A DNA stretch of 64,000 bases from Octopus sinensis (Eukaryota): the NCBI RefSeq assembly GCF_006345805.1, contig NC_043011.1, forward strand, positions 12,090,001-12,154,000, given 5' to 3'. The notes under the pieces were generated by a model. That model was not told where the DNA came from. It did not search any database and saw only the letters and a program-made list of their open reading frames with translations. Both the position numbers and the translations under genes were made by a program. Positions 1 through 13,800 of the stretch are shown here, piece by piece (position 1 is the first letter of the stretch; each line of letters starts with the position of its first letter).

Positions 1-1059
1 AGGCTATACAAATCTCCTGATCTTAATAAAAACTAGAGATTTTGCTAAAATGCTGCTAGTCCAGTATAAAAATCATAAAAATATAATTTTTGCATGATTT
101 TGGATCAAATTTGCTGATACTATACAATGATCATCGATGTACATTGTGAATGTAGATTTTACCTGTTATATTGATTTTTACTTGTTGTCATATCACCTGC
201 ATTGATTCCTGCATATTAATTTCCTGTCTCAGAGTTGAACTGATACTCCAGTTAGTTTTTGTAACTTGGAAGATGTACAACTCGCATTAGTAAAAGAATT
301 CCAAAATATGCCTTTATCTTCTCGATTCAAAGGTTTTGTAAGGCCCAACAAATTTAGTCTTATTTTATTACAAAAAGAAAAATTATGTTCTTACAAACCC
401 AGCAGTATACAGAGAATTTATCTTTAAAATATATCTGCAAATTAATCTTTTTTTAATCCTCACCATTCACTAAGAAAAGCCTCAATGAAATATCAACTAC
501 ATTGTAATTCCACTCCTTTTCAAAATCCATAAATCCTGACATCCAGAAATATCACTCTAATTATTTTATCCAAGTCTAAGTTATCTCTCTCTAATTAAAT
601 CAGGAAAAAAAATGCTAATACATAAATCATTGATAAATAATATCATTGAGTTCTGACTCACTGCTTGGGATATGAAACACCATTATGCTTGAAAATGAAA
701 GGAAGAAGAATTCCAGTGAAACATAGATAGTGCAAACAAGAAGTCTTTCGACAGGAATTTCTTTCTAAAATGAAACTGAATGTGTTTCTTTCACAGAAGA
801 GAGCTTAGTTCCAATTTTCGATCCCAGATAACAATGTTATTTGAATTGTGATTTCATGCAAATGATGACAGCTGCAGATATTTACAAGTGTCTAAGAGCT
901 AAGCTAACCTACCACAACTTTTCATCTTCACTGCATATATATAAAACACTACTAAAACCTAATAATATACACATTCTAACTATTACTATCTTTGAGAATT
1001 TCTCAGTAGTAGTAAGAGATAAATATGACATTCTAGATAGCATCCAAATAAAGAAAAGT

Positions 1060-1860
1060 TCTCCACTTCATGATACTGTCCAGGTTGCAAGAGTGAGAGG
1101 TGCATTGAGGTGGAGATGGGGAGATAATTTGGGGACACAGTAGGGTGATCAATGTGAAATGTGTGTAAGAAGGGTCAGTTTTAAGAATGAAGGATATATA
1201 TCAAAGTGAAAAGGTTCCAGGTAGTGAGAAAAATGAGTGATATCAAGGAAAAGCAGATGAAGTATGCAGTTCTGCTCACATTTAATTACAGCAGCAGAAT
1301 ATTGCAGTGAAGTAGGTGATGGTGGGGTTAGTGATAGAGAAATGATGGGTGATGATGATGGCTTGAAGAGGAAATAGCGTGAGGGCCCCTATTGTGCATA
1401 TATGCTTCCAGAATCTTGTCTTTTCCAAGATAGGCAGGTCTTCTCAAGTGTCACATATTGCCAGACATTCTAGTCCTTTGTCATATCTTCTGTAAGTCCT
1501 GGGTCTCCCTCTTTCACAAGTGCCATCCTTACTAAGTGTTTAGCATTTCTTTATACAGCTGTTCTCATCCATTCTCATTACATGTTCATACCAGTGCTGT
1601 TTTCTTTCTTGCATACTACATCTGATGTCTCTTGTTTCCCATTCTCTCAACACATTTGTACTTCGTCATTCGTATGCTGCACATCTAGTGAAGTATGCTA
1701 GCTTCATTTCTTTACAGCCTTCTCAAATTCTTTGCAATGAAGGCCCACGTTCCACTGTTATGCAGCTTTGCAACATTTTCATTTTACATCCATTTTCCAT
1801 GCTCTTGTGGCTTAGACGGGTTGTCACAATTTCATTCAGTTCTTATTCATTGTAGAGGGG
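1060..1860 (-). mobile_element. RTE-type LINE 3' end remnant
   Basis: Homologous by eye to the RTE tails at 50075-50635 and 59963-60430 (IRCSMQERKQHWYEHVMRMDENSCIKKC-like). Confidence 0.65.
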
Positions 1861-2049
1861 TTGCAGAACTCCATATCACTCATATATTTTATTTTATGCA
1901 TGGTTATTTTTATTCCCTCTGGAATAATATCAATGCTTTCTTTGAAACACATATTGGAAGTATAAATGGTTTGAATAACACCTGCATTTAACTTCATTTC
2001 TTAATTTATCTATATATATATATATATAACACCACATGTACCCATACTC

Positions 2050-2880
2050 ACGCATACATACATGCATTTCACAGTTGTATGATTAATTGCAATGAAAGGT
2101 AGGGCTAGTAAGATTGTGAAATTATTAGAACGGAGGTGTGGGGATTTGTGCTGCATTCAAGAAGTAAGATGGAGGGGATCCTCAACTAGACTTTTCATGA
2201 GCAAGGGACAATATAAAATCTCTTCAGAAAGAGGTTGTCAGAGTGTGTGATAAGATAATTAAGTATAGAGTAATCTTGGAAAACATGACAGCAACATTTG
2301 TCTCTGCATACGCTCCTCAACTGTGACTCATATAAACAAAAGATTGAATTTACTAATCCCTTTTGCAGGTTACCTTGACAAATGGATGACTTTAATTTCA
2401 TGGTGGGTGACTTGAGCAGACATGCTGGGCAGAAACTCAACAAATTCCATGAGGTTCATGAAAGCTATGGCTTTCATTCTAGAAATTAAGAGTGGACAAA
2501 GCCCTTGGAATTCTGCCATAAATGCTCTGATAATCTGTAGCACTAAATTCAAGAAACTAACCACCCATCAGTTTCGTGATTACACCAAAAAATGGGATTG
2601 AGAGATGCTTGTGAATACAAAGTACTTCCCAGGTGAAGAATGTGTAACCCAACATAAGTTAAAACCTACTGGCTTAAAGCTAAAAAGACTCATGCACATA
2701 CCAGCCTGGAAACGGAAGATATGGAAGCTTAAGGATCTCTTGAACAGTCCAAGATTTATAGGAGTACTTGTAATATTTGAGAAGAAGGATGAGACAGAGT
2801 CATATTATACAGAAGAGAACTGGGCATTCTTATGGGACAACCTGCTGGTGGGAGATAGATTAAATCTGTGGCTGGTACAA
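2050..2880 (+). mobile_element. Decayed RTE-type AP endonuclease fragment
   Basis: Translates VSAYAPQ..VGDLSRHAG..HESYGFHSRN..LEFC. Confidence 0.65.
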
Positions 2881-3269
2881 GGCTCCAGCTATAGTTTGTA
2901 AGATATTTGTTAAGATATTTGTTGTGTTTTTTCTTCAATTTCTTCAATTTCAACCAATCAGTGATGTCTATTGAGTTAAAAAGCATTCTGTGCTGTATGA
3001 ATATGTCCCTCGTTTAAGAAACCGATTGGGTTTATTTACATTTGTGAAGAAAAAAAGATACCCTTCCCCACTCCTGACCCTAACCCTAAAACAGATTGAA
3101 ATGCAATAGATTGATACTAGGGTCATGATTATGAGTGACAATTTCATATGACACCGCTAGAAAAAACTGCCATTCAAACCGAAAAGATCCGCAATTCACT
3201 GTGCTCACTGTCTGTCATTGTGAGTAAGATTCTAAAGCATTATATTTTATGTCTATTTAGTTATTGGTC

Positions 3270-4437
3270 CCTGCCTTTGCACCTAATTTGTCTCCATCAA
3301 GTCTTCCTCACCTCGCATCTTCCTCATACCTATCCTTCTACTCCTCTAACTATGGTACTATTCAGCTGCTGTAATTATACGGGAGTAGAACCTGCACATA
3401 TTTCTTGTCCTACTTTTGCTACCAGTTACTTCCCTCTATAGCTGTCCATGGAACCACATACCCCTACATTCTTCTGATATCCATCTCTGTACAGCTTATT
3501 CTTTGACCTGTCTACAGTTTATCATACTACTGCTTTTCGCCCTTCCTGTGCAACCACTTTTCATCTCTTCCTTCCTCAGCCACTCTTATTTCTTTTACCT
3601 TCTTCTGCATCCTCATGCTGATATTTACTATTAACCACACTGCCACCCTTCTTTATCATTCACTACATTTGCTTCTTCCCTCATCTCTAACCATTTGCCA
3701 CTCTTCTCTCACACCCTTATGAACTTATCCACCCATCTTTCCCAATCTTCTGTCCATATTCTCTCTTATATCTGCCTTCCTGTACTTGAGAGTACATTCT
3801 TATTTCTTTATTGCCCACAAGGGGCTAAACACAGAGAGGACAAACAAGGACAGACAAACGGATTAAGTCGATTACATTGACCCCAGTGCGTAACTGGTAC
3901 TTATTTAATCGACCCCGAAAGGATGAAAGGCAAAGTCGACCTCGGCGGAATTTAAACTCAGAACGTAACGGCAGACGAAATACGGCTAAGCATTTCGCCC
4001 GGCATGCTAACGTTTCTGCCAGCTCGCCGCTTGAGAGTACATTCTGACATCTCATCACCCCATCTCATGTCTTTTTTTTCAGCTACTCATACCCACCCTT
4101 ATACAATGCTAGATAGCTGGGTATCTCCTCTTTAGCAAGACACCCAAGCCTGTTCCTCTGTCATACTTTAGCCTCTCAACACCTAACATAAGGTCACTTC
4201 CCTCTTAGTTGAGGTGTCTTTTTCTTTGTCTTGTGAGTTACATGGCAACCTTGCTAGTGTCATGAAAAGAGCATGTAGTACATTCTGTAAAATGGTTTGC
4301 ATCAGGAAGCTGCATTCAGCTATAGGAACCATGCCAAAACAAACGATGGAGCTTGATGCAGTCCTCTGGCTTACGGGATTCTTTTAAAGCATTCAACCCA
4401 TGTCAACAAGAAAGACATTAAATGATGATGATAATGA
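3270..4437 (+). mobile_element. RTE-type 3' UTR and (GAT)n tail remnant, with a SINE inserted at 3801-4029
   Basis: Pyrimidine-rich UTR that is the reverse complement of the type at 49560-49990; ends aaatgatgatgataatgac. Confidence 0.55.
3801..4029 (-). mobile_element. SINE family A, full length
   Basis: 16-bp TSD cttgagagtacattct at 3785-3800 and 4030-4045. Confidence 0.9.
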
Positions 4438-4806
4438 CACTCTTTGGAGGGAGCCTTATGAACTTTTTCATACATGCATGCACTTGTACATACATGTATG
4501 TGTACATGCATGTATGCACACACACACAAAAATACCATACTTCTGTGAAGATTCTATATTGCAAATTCCACTCATAAGATATTGTTATAGTTGCAGAGAC
4601 TTGCCCAAGATTTCATACAATGCGATCAAAACCAGAACAGTGTGACTGCCAAGCAAACCCTTCAACTACACATCTTGCCCTTATGGAGAAAGTTTTTCTT
4701 ACAATATCAGTTCTAAACTTTTAATTAAAGATACAATTTCTGTATTGCTCTGTTGACATTCTCATCATTTCATTTTGTTCAAACTCATCTACTTTTCTTT
4801 CTCCAG

Positions 4807-4857
4807 ATTCTTCGGAAATCGTTCTTATTGCTATGAAAGAATACAGCAATATGACAA
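4807..4857 (+). CDS. Exon (TPR helix: [18 protein letters not shown]), 51 nt, phase 2/2
   Basis: Polypyrimidine tract ...ttttctttctccag acceptor; gtaagt donor at 4858; TPR-type GNRS motif. Confidence 0.9.
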
Positions 4858-7800
4858 GTAAGTAAAACTAAATGTCAACATACACACACAAACCGTATTG
4901 AAATTAAACTTGTAAATTATCCTAGTTATATAATTCATGTTGATGTTTGTCATTAGAGGATATATATGGAGAATATTTCATCTCTGTATAGTGCAGCATG
5001 AACTACTCACAATGAAGAAGAGTGCAGATAAGAAAGAAAATAAGAGAAAAGAGGTGGATTGGGATGAAGTATAAAAGAAGTCAAAAGAGAAAGAGAGAAT
5101 GAAGAAATTAGGAGGAAGCATGAGGAGAGAATACAGATATAAAAAAAAATGATAAGAATGTTGAGTGAAAGAACATGAGAATGAGTGACTTGAAAAAGGG
5201 AAGCAATAGAGAAGAGGTGGAAAGAGAAAGACTGCAAAAAGTGAAGAGGAAGCAGACGATTTGAAAATGATTTTTTCTTGATAGCTTTTTGATGCTTCCT
5301 ATATTTAGTTTATTTTCATTTGGATAGCTTCCAAGAATTATTTATTCCTTCAACATATTGTAAATTCATTTACATTTACTTAGTAGTTCTCTTATCGCTA
5401 TTTTGGTAAAAGCAGTAAAGTCTTTGGTATGTGAAGTGGGTAGAACATTTCCAGAGTTCGTTTCCAATATTTGCCAAAAGAATCAAAGCAATATTATCCA
5501 AGAGTAACCCACCATACCCAGCAGTCATCGATCTGGAAAAGGCTTCTGACAGTGTACCATATCTATTGTCTGGTGATCTTTAAGAAAGTCAGGTGTACAT
5601 GAATGGCTTGTGGGAGACATGTACAGAGATGGTATGAGAAAGAAGAGGTTGTGAGCTGGCAGAAACGTTAGCACGCCGGGCGAAATGCTTAGCCGTATTT
5701 CGTCTGCCGTTATGTTCTGAGTTCAAATTCCGCCGAGGTCGACTTTGCCTTTCATCCTTTCGGGGTCGATAAATTAAGTACCAGTTACGCACTGGGGTCA
5801 ATGTAATCGACTTGACCCGTTTGTCCCCTCTGTGTTTAGCCCCTTGTGGGTAGTAAAGAAATAGGTATGAGAAAGAAGAGAGTTCAGTGAGTTCAGCAAG
5901 GAATTTAGTATGGAAATAGGCCTGTATCAGCCCTCTTCTGTTTATTATAGGTTTCTAGGCCATAACAGAGGAGTTTAACTTCAGTTATCTGTGAGATAAC
6001 CTGTATACTCATGACCTAGTTCTCATAGCTCAATCTATCAAACATTTTGAAAAGAAAATCCAAATGTGAAAGTAATGCCTTGAATCATGAACAAAGGTTG
6101 GGGCTTTACTGCCATATGGGAAGTGACCATGTTTCATAAGCAGAAAAGAACTTGGTAGGAATTCCATATGGTGAAACCAATGAAAACTGTGGGTGCTCAG
6201 GAGGTACAGAGGGACGACAGACAAGCTGGCAGAGAACGATTTGGTATGTGGCTAGTGTGCAAGAATAGTTAGCTGTTTGAGCATTCAAGAAATAAATTGT
6301 TTCAAATGTTCAGAAAGCTCTTTAGATGTAGTTGATTGCTGCTGTAAATATCCTGAAAGTATAATAGCCAGAGTAAGAATGGGGTGAAAAAGTTCAATGG
6401 AGCCATTATCTCTGTTGGCAGCAAAAGAATCTCTCTTAGAGTTAGTGGTAGATTCTATGACACCTATTTCTTTATTACCCACAAGGGGCTAAACATAGAG
6501 TGGACAAACAAGGACAGACATAGGTATTAAGTCGATTACATCGACTCCAGTGCGTAGCTGGTACTTAATTAATTGACCCCGAAAGGATAAAAGGCAAAGT
6601 TGACCTTGGCGGAATTTGAACTCACAACGTAACGGCAGACGAAATACCGCTAAGCATTGTGCCCGATGTGCTAACATTTCTGCCAGCTCGCCGCCTTACT
6701 ATAGATTCTATGACACCTGTGACTGAAATGCAATGTTGTACGATGGCAAAACATGCATATGTGGAGGTTGGAAAGAAATGAGGCAAGCCTTGCTCTGCCA
6801 GATATGTAATACTAGTGTGTATGAATAGTGGAGTGCAAATGATATGAGAGGAAATTGGAAATGTGTCAGACACAAATGCAAGAGAGAAGGCTGTGATGTA
6901 TGTGGAAGATGACAGTTAGGTAAAGGAACACCTACCTCAACAAGTGAAACGAACCTGCACAAGTGAAAGATATGGGAGGTAAAACACAGAGGAGACAAAT
7001 AAGGACAGACAAATGGATTAAGTTGGTTATATCGACTCCAGTGCGTAACTGGTACTTATTTAATCGACCCCGACAGGATGAAAGGCAAAGTCGACTTCGG
7101 CGGAATTTGAACTCAGAACGTAGTGGTAGACGAAATACCGCTAAGCATTTCGCCCGGTGTGCTAACGTTTCTAACACCGATCCAGGAAAAATTATGATGA
7201 GTGGCTGTGACAAATAGTGTGGTTCTGTTTGAAGAAGACCTGTCTAACCATTGCAAATATAGAAAAATGAACTAAATTTGTTTTTGTTATTTCTGCATTA
7301 AACATAGTGGTTTCAATTCTTGGCACAAGGCCAGCAGTTTTAGGGAAAGGGGCTAAGTTGGTTACATTGACCCAGTGCTGAACTGGTACTTATTTTATTA
7401 ACCCCAGAAGGGATGAAAAGTAAAGTTGACCTCATAAAGACGAACGAAATGCTTCTAAGCATTTTACCTGGCATGCTAACAATTCTGCCAGCTTGCTGCT
7501 TTCTTCCATTAAATATATTAACACTAATTTAGCCAATAAGTTGGTCAACCAGTTAGTCTTCAAGCAATGAATTACTCTTTTGTGAATAAGTTAGTCATCA
7601 TCTATAAGTAAGTCAATGACTTGGTCTTCAAACAAAGAGTTATACCTCAACTATTAAGTTAGTCTTCTACTACTAAGTTGGTGTTCAATCAATAAGTTAA
7701 TCTTCATCCTATAATTTAATTTTCAACTTTTCATGTAATAATTTAGTGTTCAACTACTTTAGTCTTTAACCAGTAATTTAGTTTTTAACTAATAGATTAG

Positions 7801-10800
7801 TCTTCAAATAATGAATTATTTTTCAACTAAGACAGTAGCACTCAACTAATTATATTAGAGTGTTGTTAAATTAGTGCTGTTATATTCGACTGCTCATTAG
7901 AGCAGAGTGTTCTTAGTATGTCATTAACGAAACTGGGATGTTTATTGTTATTTTGGAATTTGGTGTTTGGCAGTATGTGTAGAATATTGGATGGTAATTT
8001 GGCATCCATAATATTTTCTTTACCATTCTCCCCACTCCATATTTTCTGCTGCTTGCTTGCTTGCTTCATGCTCTTGCTTAATGAGGTTGGGGTCATCCCA
8101 GGTTAGTGGTCCCAGAGATGCCATCATGCATAAAGCTGACCAGGTTCACCACTGCTCTCCATCATTGGTGGTTCTGTGCCAACCCCTCTGCATCTTCTTA
8201 GGTGATGTTGAGCCTCTGGAGACCTTCCCCAATCGCATCCAGCCATCTAGCGTGGGGCCTGCCACAAGGCCTCTTCCAGCCTGCAGTTGCTGCATTGAAT
8301 GAAAGTAAAGGACGATCTAGTGAGAGATGGAGGATGTGTCCTTACCAGTGCATGTGACAGACAGCTATGAGGTAGGAGGCTGATGTATCCAGTTACGCAG
8401 TTCTTTGCTATCAAAACTGTCAATCCTCTTTGCCAAGATCCTTGAGAAGGGTCATGTTTCTGTTCCATGGAGAAGAACGGAGTGGGCTAATGCATTGTAG
8501 ACGCATTTTTGTATCTTTTTGGTTTGAACTGCAGTTTTTTCTAGCGGTGTCATATGAAATTGTCACCCATAATTATGACCCTAGTATCGATTTATTGCAT
8601 TTCAATCTCTTTTAGGGTTAGGGGTGGGGGGGAAGGGTATCTTTTTTTCTTCACAAATGTAAATAAACCCAATCTGTTTCTTAAACGAGGGACATATTCA
8701 TACGGCACAGAATGTTTTTGTTTTACCTCAATAGACGTCATTGATTGGTTGAAATTGCAGAAATTGAAGAAAAAAACAACAAATATCTTACAAACTAGAA
8801 TTTTCTCAATAAAGCCAAGAGAAAAGATGTGTTATAAACACATTTTACCAGTATATGAAGTTTAAAATTTTTTAGTTACCTAGAAATTATGTTAAAAACT
8901 GCTGTTCAAACAGAAAAGATCCGCATTTTCTACTGATTATGACACTATTTCTGTGATACTTTTCGCTTCTTTCTTATAGTAATGATACAGTTTTCTTCCA
9001 TTTTTATGTCTGATTAACTCTTTATCTGTCTTCCCCCAATCTACCTTTGAAAAAGACAGGTTGGTCATGGCTGGTATACTTCCTTGCTGTTGTTTTGATA
9101 AATATCTGACTCCATAAAAATCAGATGAAGTTGGAAAATTTGAAAGTAAAACCTCTGATTCTGTTAAAATACAGTATAGTTACACTTAAAATGCTTTCAT
9201 TTTCATTACTAATTATAGACGGAAAATTTTAAAAAGAAAAGCTCTGGTTCCATAAAAAAGTGGGGATAATCATAGTTGGAATACTTTCATTCTACCTCAA
9301 GAAGCTTCTGTATCTGTATGCACAGGCCTAGGGAAGGTTTTTTTTTTATGGAAGACTTGCAGTTGCCATGCACTCAAGTTTCCTCTCTCTGTGTCACCAA
9401 TGTTGTCCAACAGAAAGGCCACTGTTTTACAGCTGATACAACTTGGCACTGCTGTTGTCTCAGGTAATGCTGTAAGCATATTGTCTGAAGCTTTGACAGT
9501 CTCATTAATCAATGGACCTTGATTAACCCTTTTGATACCAACCCGGCTGAAACTGGCTCTGGCTCTGAGTACAAACGTGTTGTTTTCATAAGTTTTGAAT
9601 TAAAATCTTCCACCAAACCTTAGCCACAATTTACATTCCTAACACTAGTTGAATGATAACTAAGTTATTTTACTAAACTCTTTGTTATATTTAAAGTAAT
9701 TGAAAGAAACACAGAGCATCTCAATAGAAATACAGTAATGAAAGGGTTAATAGTTTTTTACTGACTCTATAAGGATGAAATTCAAAGTTGGCCTCAGCAG
9801 GATTTGAACACCAAATGTACAGAGTTGGAACAAATACCACAAGATATTCTATTCAATACTGTAACAATTCTATTCTATTCAATACTCTAACTGCCAATTC
9901 ACTTCTACCTTATCTAATTCATAATAAAGTAATGTTTAATAAGGTTTAATTAATGCTGACCTGATACTTGAAAATTACATAGGTGCAGGAGTGGCTGTGT
10001 GGTAAGTAGCTTGTTTATCAACCACATGGTTCCGGGTTCAGTCCCACTGTGTGATACCTTGGGCAAGTGTCTTCTACTATAGCCTTGGGCCGACCAAAGC
10101 CTTGTGAGTGGATTTGGTAGACGGAAACTGAAAGAATCCCGTCGTATATATGTAAATATATATATATATGCGTGTTTGTGTTTGTCCCCCTAGCATTGTT
10201 TGACAACCAATGCTGGTGTGTTTATGTCCCCGTAACTTAGCGGTTTGGCAAAAGAGACTGATAGAATAAGTACTGGGCTTACAAAAAAATAAGTCCCAGG
10301 GATGCTTTTCCTAATGCCAACCACTCCGTGAGTGTAGTGGGTGCTTTTTACGTGCCACCGGCACAGGTGCCAGACGAGGCTGGCAAATGGCCACGATTGG
10401 ATGGTGCTTTTTACATGCCACCGGCACGGGGGGTCAGGCGAGGCTGGCAAATGGCCACGATCAGATGGTGCTTTTTACGTGCCACCAGTTCGGGGGCCAG
10501 GCGAGGCTACCAAATGGCCACGATTGGATGGTGCCCTTTATGTGCCACCGGCACGAGGCCAGTCGGGGTGGCGCTGGCAACGGCCACGTTCGGATGGTTT
10601 TCTTACGTACCACCAGCACTGGTATCACAGCTGCAGTTTCCATTGATGTTGATCGATTTTGATTTTGATTTTCACTTGCCTTCCAAAAAGGAAAGATATG
10701 CATAAGTGGACTGGCTACATCCCAGGTAGAGGCCATGGGTTTTGGTCTCACTTGTCCTGCCGGGTCTTCTCACGCATAGCTTACTTCAATAAATTCCCCA

Positions 10801-13800
10801 GCCAGATATAGGTTCAAAGAAGTATTAAGCATGGACGTTGAATGTAGAAGACTTGTGAAGGTATGTATTACTAGATGTATAATTTTAGTGTGTATATACA
10901 ATGCAGCACAAATGAGCTAAGAAAAAACTTGCTATAAAATGAATCTCAAGATGTGTGATTGCATGAGGGATGACTGGTGGTTTGAGTAAAGAAGTGCCTA
11001 GCAGTCTAAATTGAAGGAACTTGTGGAAGAGAAAGATCAAGGAAGACACAAAATGAAATTGTGAAGGCTGATATCCAGAGGCTGAACCTTGTAGAAGCAT
11101 TATCAATGAACTGCAACAAATAGTGAGTCTGTGCTGTAGAAATTAATCCAACCATGCAAGCAGTGGAAAATGGACATAAAATAATGATAATTATTTTGGA
11201 ATGTTAGAAAAGTTTCTGAAAATATCTTAGATTCTATCAGGTAACAAATACTATTATATGAAACAACTGTTAATGAATGATAACAGTACGGCTAAGATAT
11301 TTGGATCTTTTTGGTTTGAAACCGAAAAGACCCAGATAGTTTTTCCTTTCATCTATTTTATCTTATTATTTTCTAATGCTTTTTTTTTTTTTAATTTCTA
11401 GAGCCTTAAAAGATGCTGAAAAGTCCATATCAATATCTTCAAACTGGCCAAAGGGATTCTTTAGAAAGGGTCGAGCTTTGGCTGGACAAAAAGTGAGCAT
11501 TATTTCTTGTTTCACCTTTATGGTGAGTGCATAATTGTGTGTGTGCGTCTGTGTGTGTGTGTGCATGCATGTTTGACAAGCACTCACATGAGAGTTGTTA
11601 AAGATGATACAAATCTGAATCTTCATATAAAAAGCACACCTATACCGAAAGGATGAAAGGCAAAGTTGACCTCGGCGGAATTTGAACTCACAATGTAGCG
11701 GCAGACGAAATACTGCTAAGCATTTCGCCCGGCGTGCTAACGATTCTGCCAACTCGTATACCATGAAGCAAAAAAGGATTTTCAGTATAGAATCTGTTCA
11801 TCCTGCATTTCATTGCATTACCTGCAAGCTTGTATTTACATCAAGAGTTACATTCTTAACTTAATGTTTCATAACATTTCTCTGATAAGGTCATCTCCAT
11901 CGATGCAGGAATGTTTGCAGATAAGGTGTTGGGTTTGCAATCATGTTGGTTCTTCATTTAATCCTGTTGAGTGGTGATTTAGGCAGATATCTTTTGCTAT
12001 AGCCTTGTTTCTGTCTAAATTGTGAATGAAACTGGGTACATGGAAACTGTGCTGAAACCAACTATACCGGTTCTTGGGTGGCAGACTTAAGCTATCACCC
12101 AGTTAACACTGTTTATCTTTTGCAAAGCTAGTGTTTTGTGAATCAATATTTTTCCTGATGCCAACCCTTTTCCTCATCTGACGTATAAGGAGAAACGTAA
12201 TCCCCCTAGACTGTGAGCATGTGGCAGTTATATCTAAATGTGAGATGTGCATGGAGGGAGCTGCAGATAGAGAAAATACTCTGCTGGATCAAAATAATAA
12301 CTAAATGTCAGAAATAATAAAACTAAAAAAAAGATTAAATATTAAATACGTGTATGTATGTGCAGTATATTGTGTGTGAAAGCATGTGTATAGGTCAGTT
12401 AACATAGACGTGGGCACCATAGAGCTCCTGTTTTCTGGTTAAGAATTCAAAGTATTTCTCTGAAAGAATAAAAGAGCTTGTAGGATTCTGGAAATTACAG
12501 ATTTGGGTAAAATACTAAACGAGAAATAAAATCAAACAAGTGTCTGCAAATGAGAAATATTTGGTATAAGTGATAAATAAGACAAAGTATTAAATAGAAT
12601 TAAAGAGTATGAGAGAGAGCAAGAGTAGAGAGATTAAGATACATCGGTAATTATAGTCATTAGAATTGATAGTAGTGTACTGTAATATATTGATATGTTT
12701 TGATATATCTGTTAATACATATGTTATCCATAAACACATCTGTTGTAACTTGCTATGTGCTCCTTTTTATCAACTCTTTTGTCATGAGTACCACCTTTAT
12801 AAATATCATAGAGGATATTTTGTCTTATGAAGAAAGGCTGAAGACGCTCGACCTTTATTCTCTCGAAAAACGCCACCACCATGCTGATCTCATTCTTGCT
12901 CACAACATCATAAGCGGAAAGTGTAACCTCTCGAAACAGCTGTTCTTCACTCCTGCTCCAGAGCGTGGGCCGTGGGGTCACTCCTAAAAGCTCTATCTAC
13001 GACGATTTCATCTCGAACGAAGGAGAGGGGCTTTCTCCGTCCGGGTTGCGGATCCGTGGAATAAGCTGCTGGACGAGATAGTGAAGATGCCGACGCCAGC
13101 TTGGTTCAAGTCTCTCTTGACCAGAAATGGCCTGAACTCTTTGCATGAACACCCTCCCTGTACATAACCCCCTGTCTCCCTACATGGCCTTGCTTTTGCT
13201 TTTTGAGCCAATAAAAATTGAATTGCAAAAAAATTAAATTGAATATAAGAAAACTCTGATTGCTAACGTATATTGTTTGCTGAAATAATATATGTCAAGC
13301 GTTTTAGAATTCTGATATATTATATTATTGTAGCAATATTCCAAAGCTGAAGAAGCATTTCTACAAGTGATACAATTAGATATAAATTGTGAAGATGCAA
13401 GGCAGGAGTTACTGAAAGTACAAATGCATCAGCTTACTGTAAGTTTGAATTTAGTTTTAATATTCTTTGTATTTCTATATTATTTTGTGAGATAATTAAT
13501 GCAACTATACTGTGCGACTTCATTTGAAATACAACAATAAATATATTATAGTATACGAGCCATCTCAGTATGGCTAACCACTAAGGGTGGGTGTTACTGT
13601 AGCTTTTAGCCCCAGATCATCGTCTCCAGCTGGCTTTAGGCCCACTTTCTGTGCCCTTATGATATTTGCAAAGGGAGGTCACACTTTCTGTGCCTAAAGC
13701 CAGCTGGAGACGCTGTTCTCCTGGGGCTAAAAGCTACAGTAACACCCACCCTTAGTGGTTAGCCATATTGAGATGGCTAGTATACTTTACGTTGTCGAGC

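Noticed and set aside
252-337. Possible upstream exon SFCNLEDVQLALVKEFQNMPLSSRFKGF between ccag and gtaagg
   Set aside because: Ends in phase 0 (or 1 at the alternative GT) whereas exon 4807 needs phase 2; no TPR resemblance
8611-8640. TTAGGG-like G-rich motif (also 38600s, 49020s and 44090s)
   Set aside because: One or two units inside MITE bodies; not telomeric arrays
10328-10751. Overlapping ~100-aa ORFs (GAFYVPPA repeats), similar at 20686, 31120 and 47938
   Set aside because: Open frames arising from the GC-richer tandem units of a non-coding repeat
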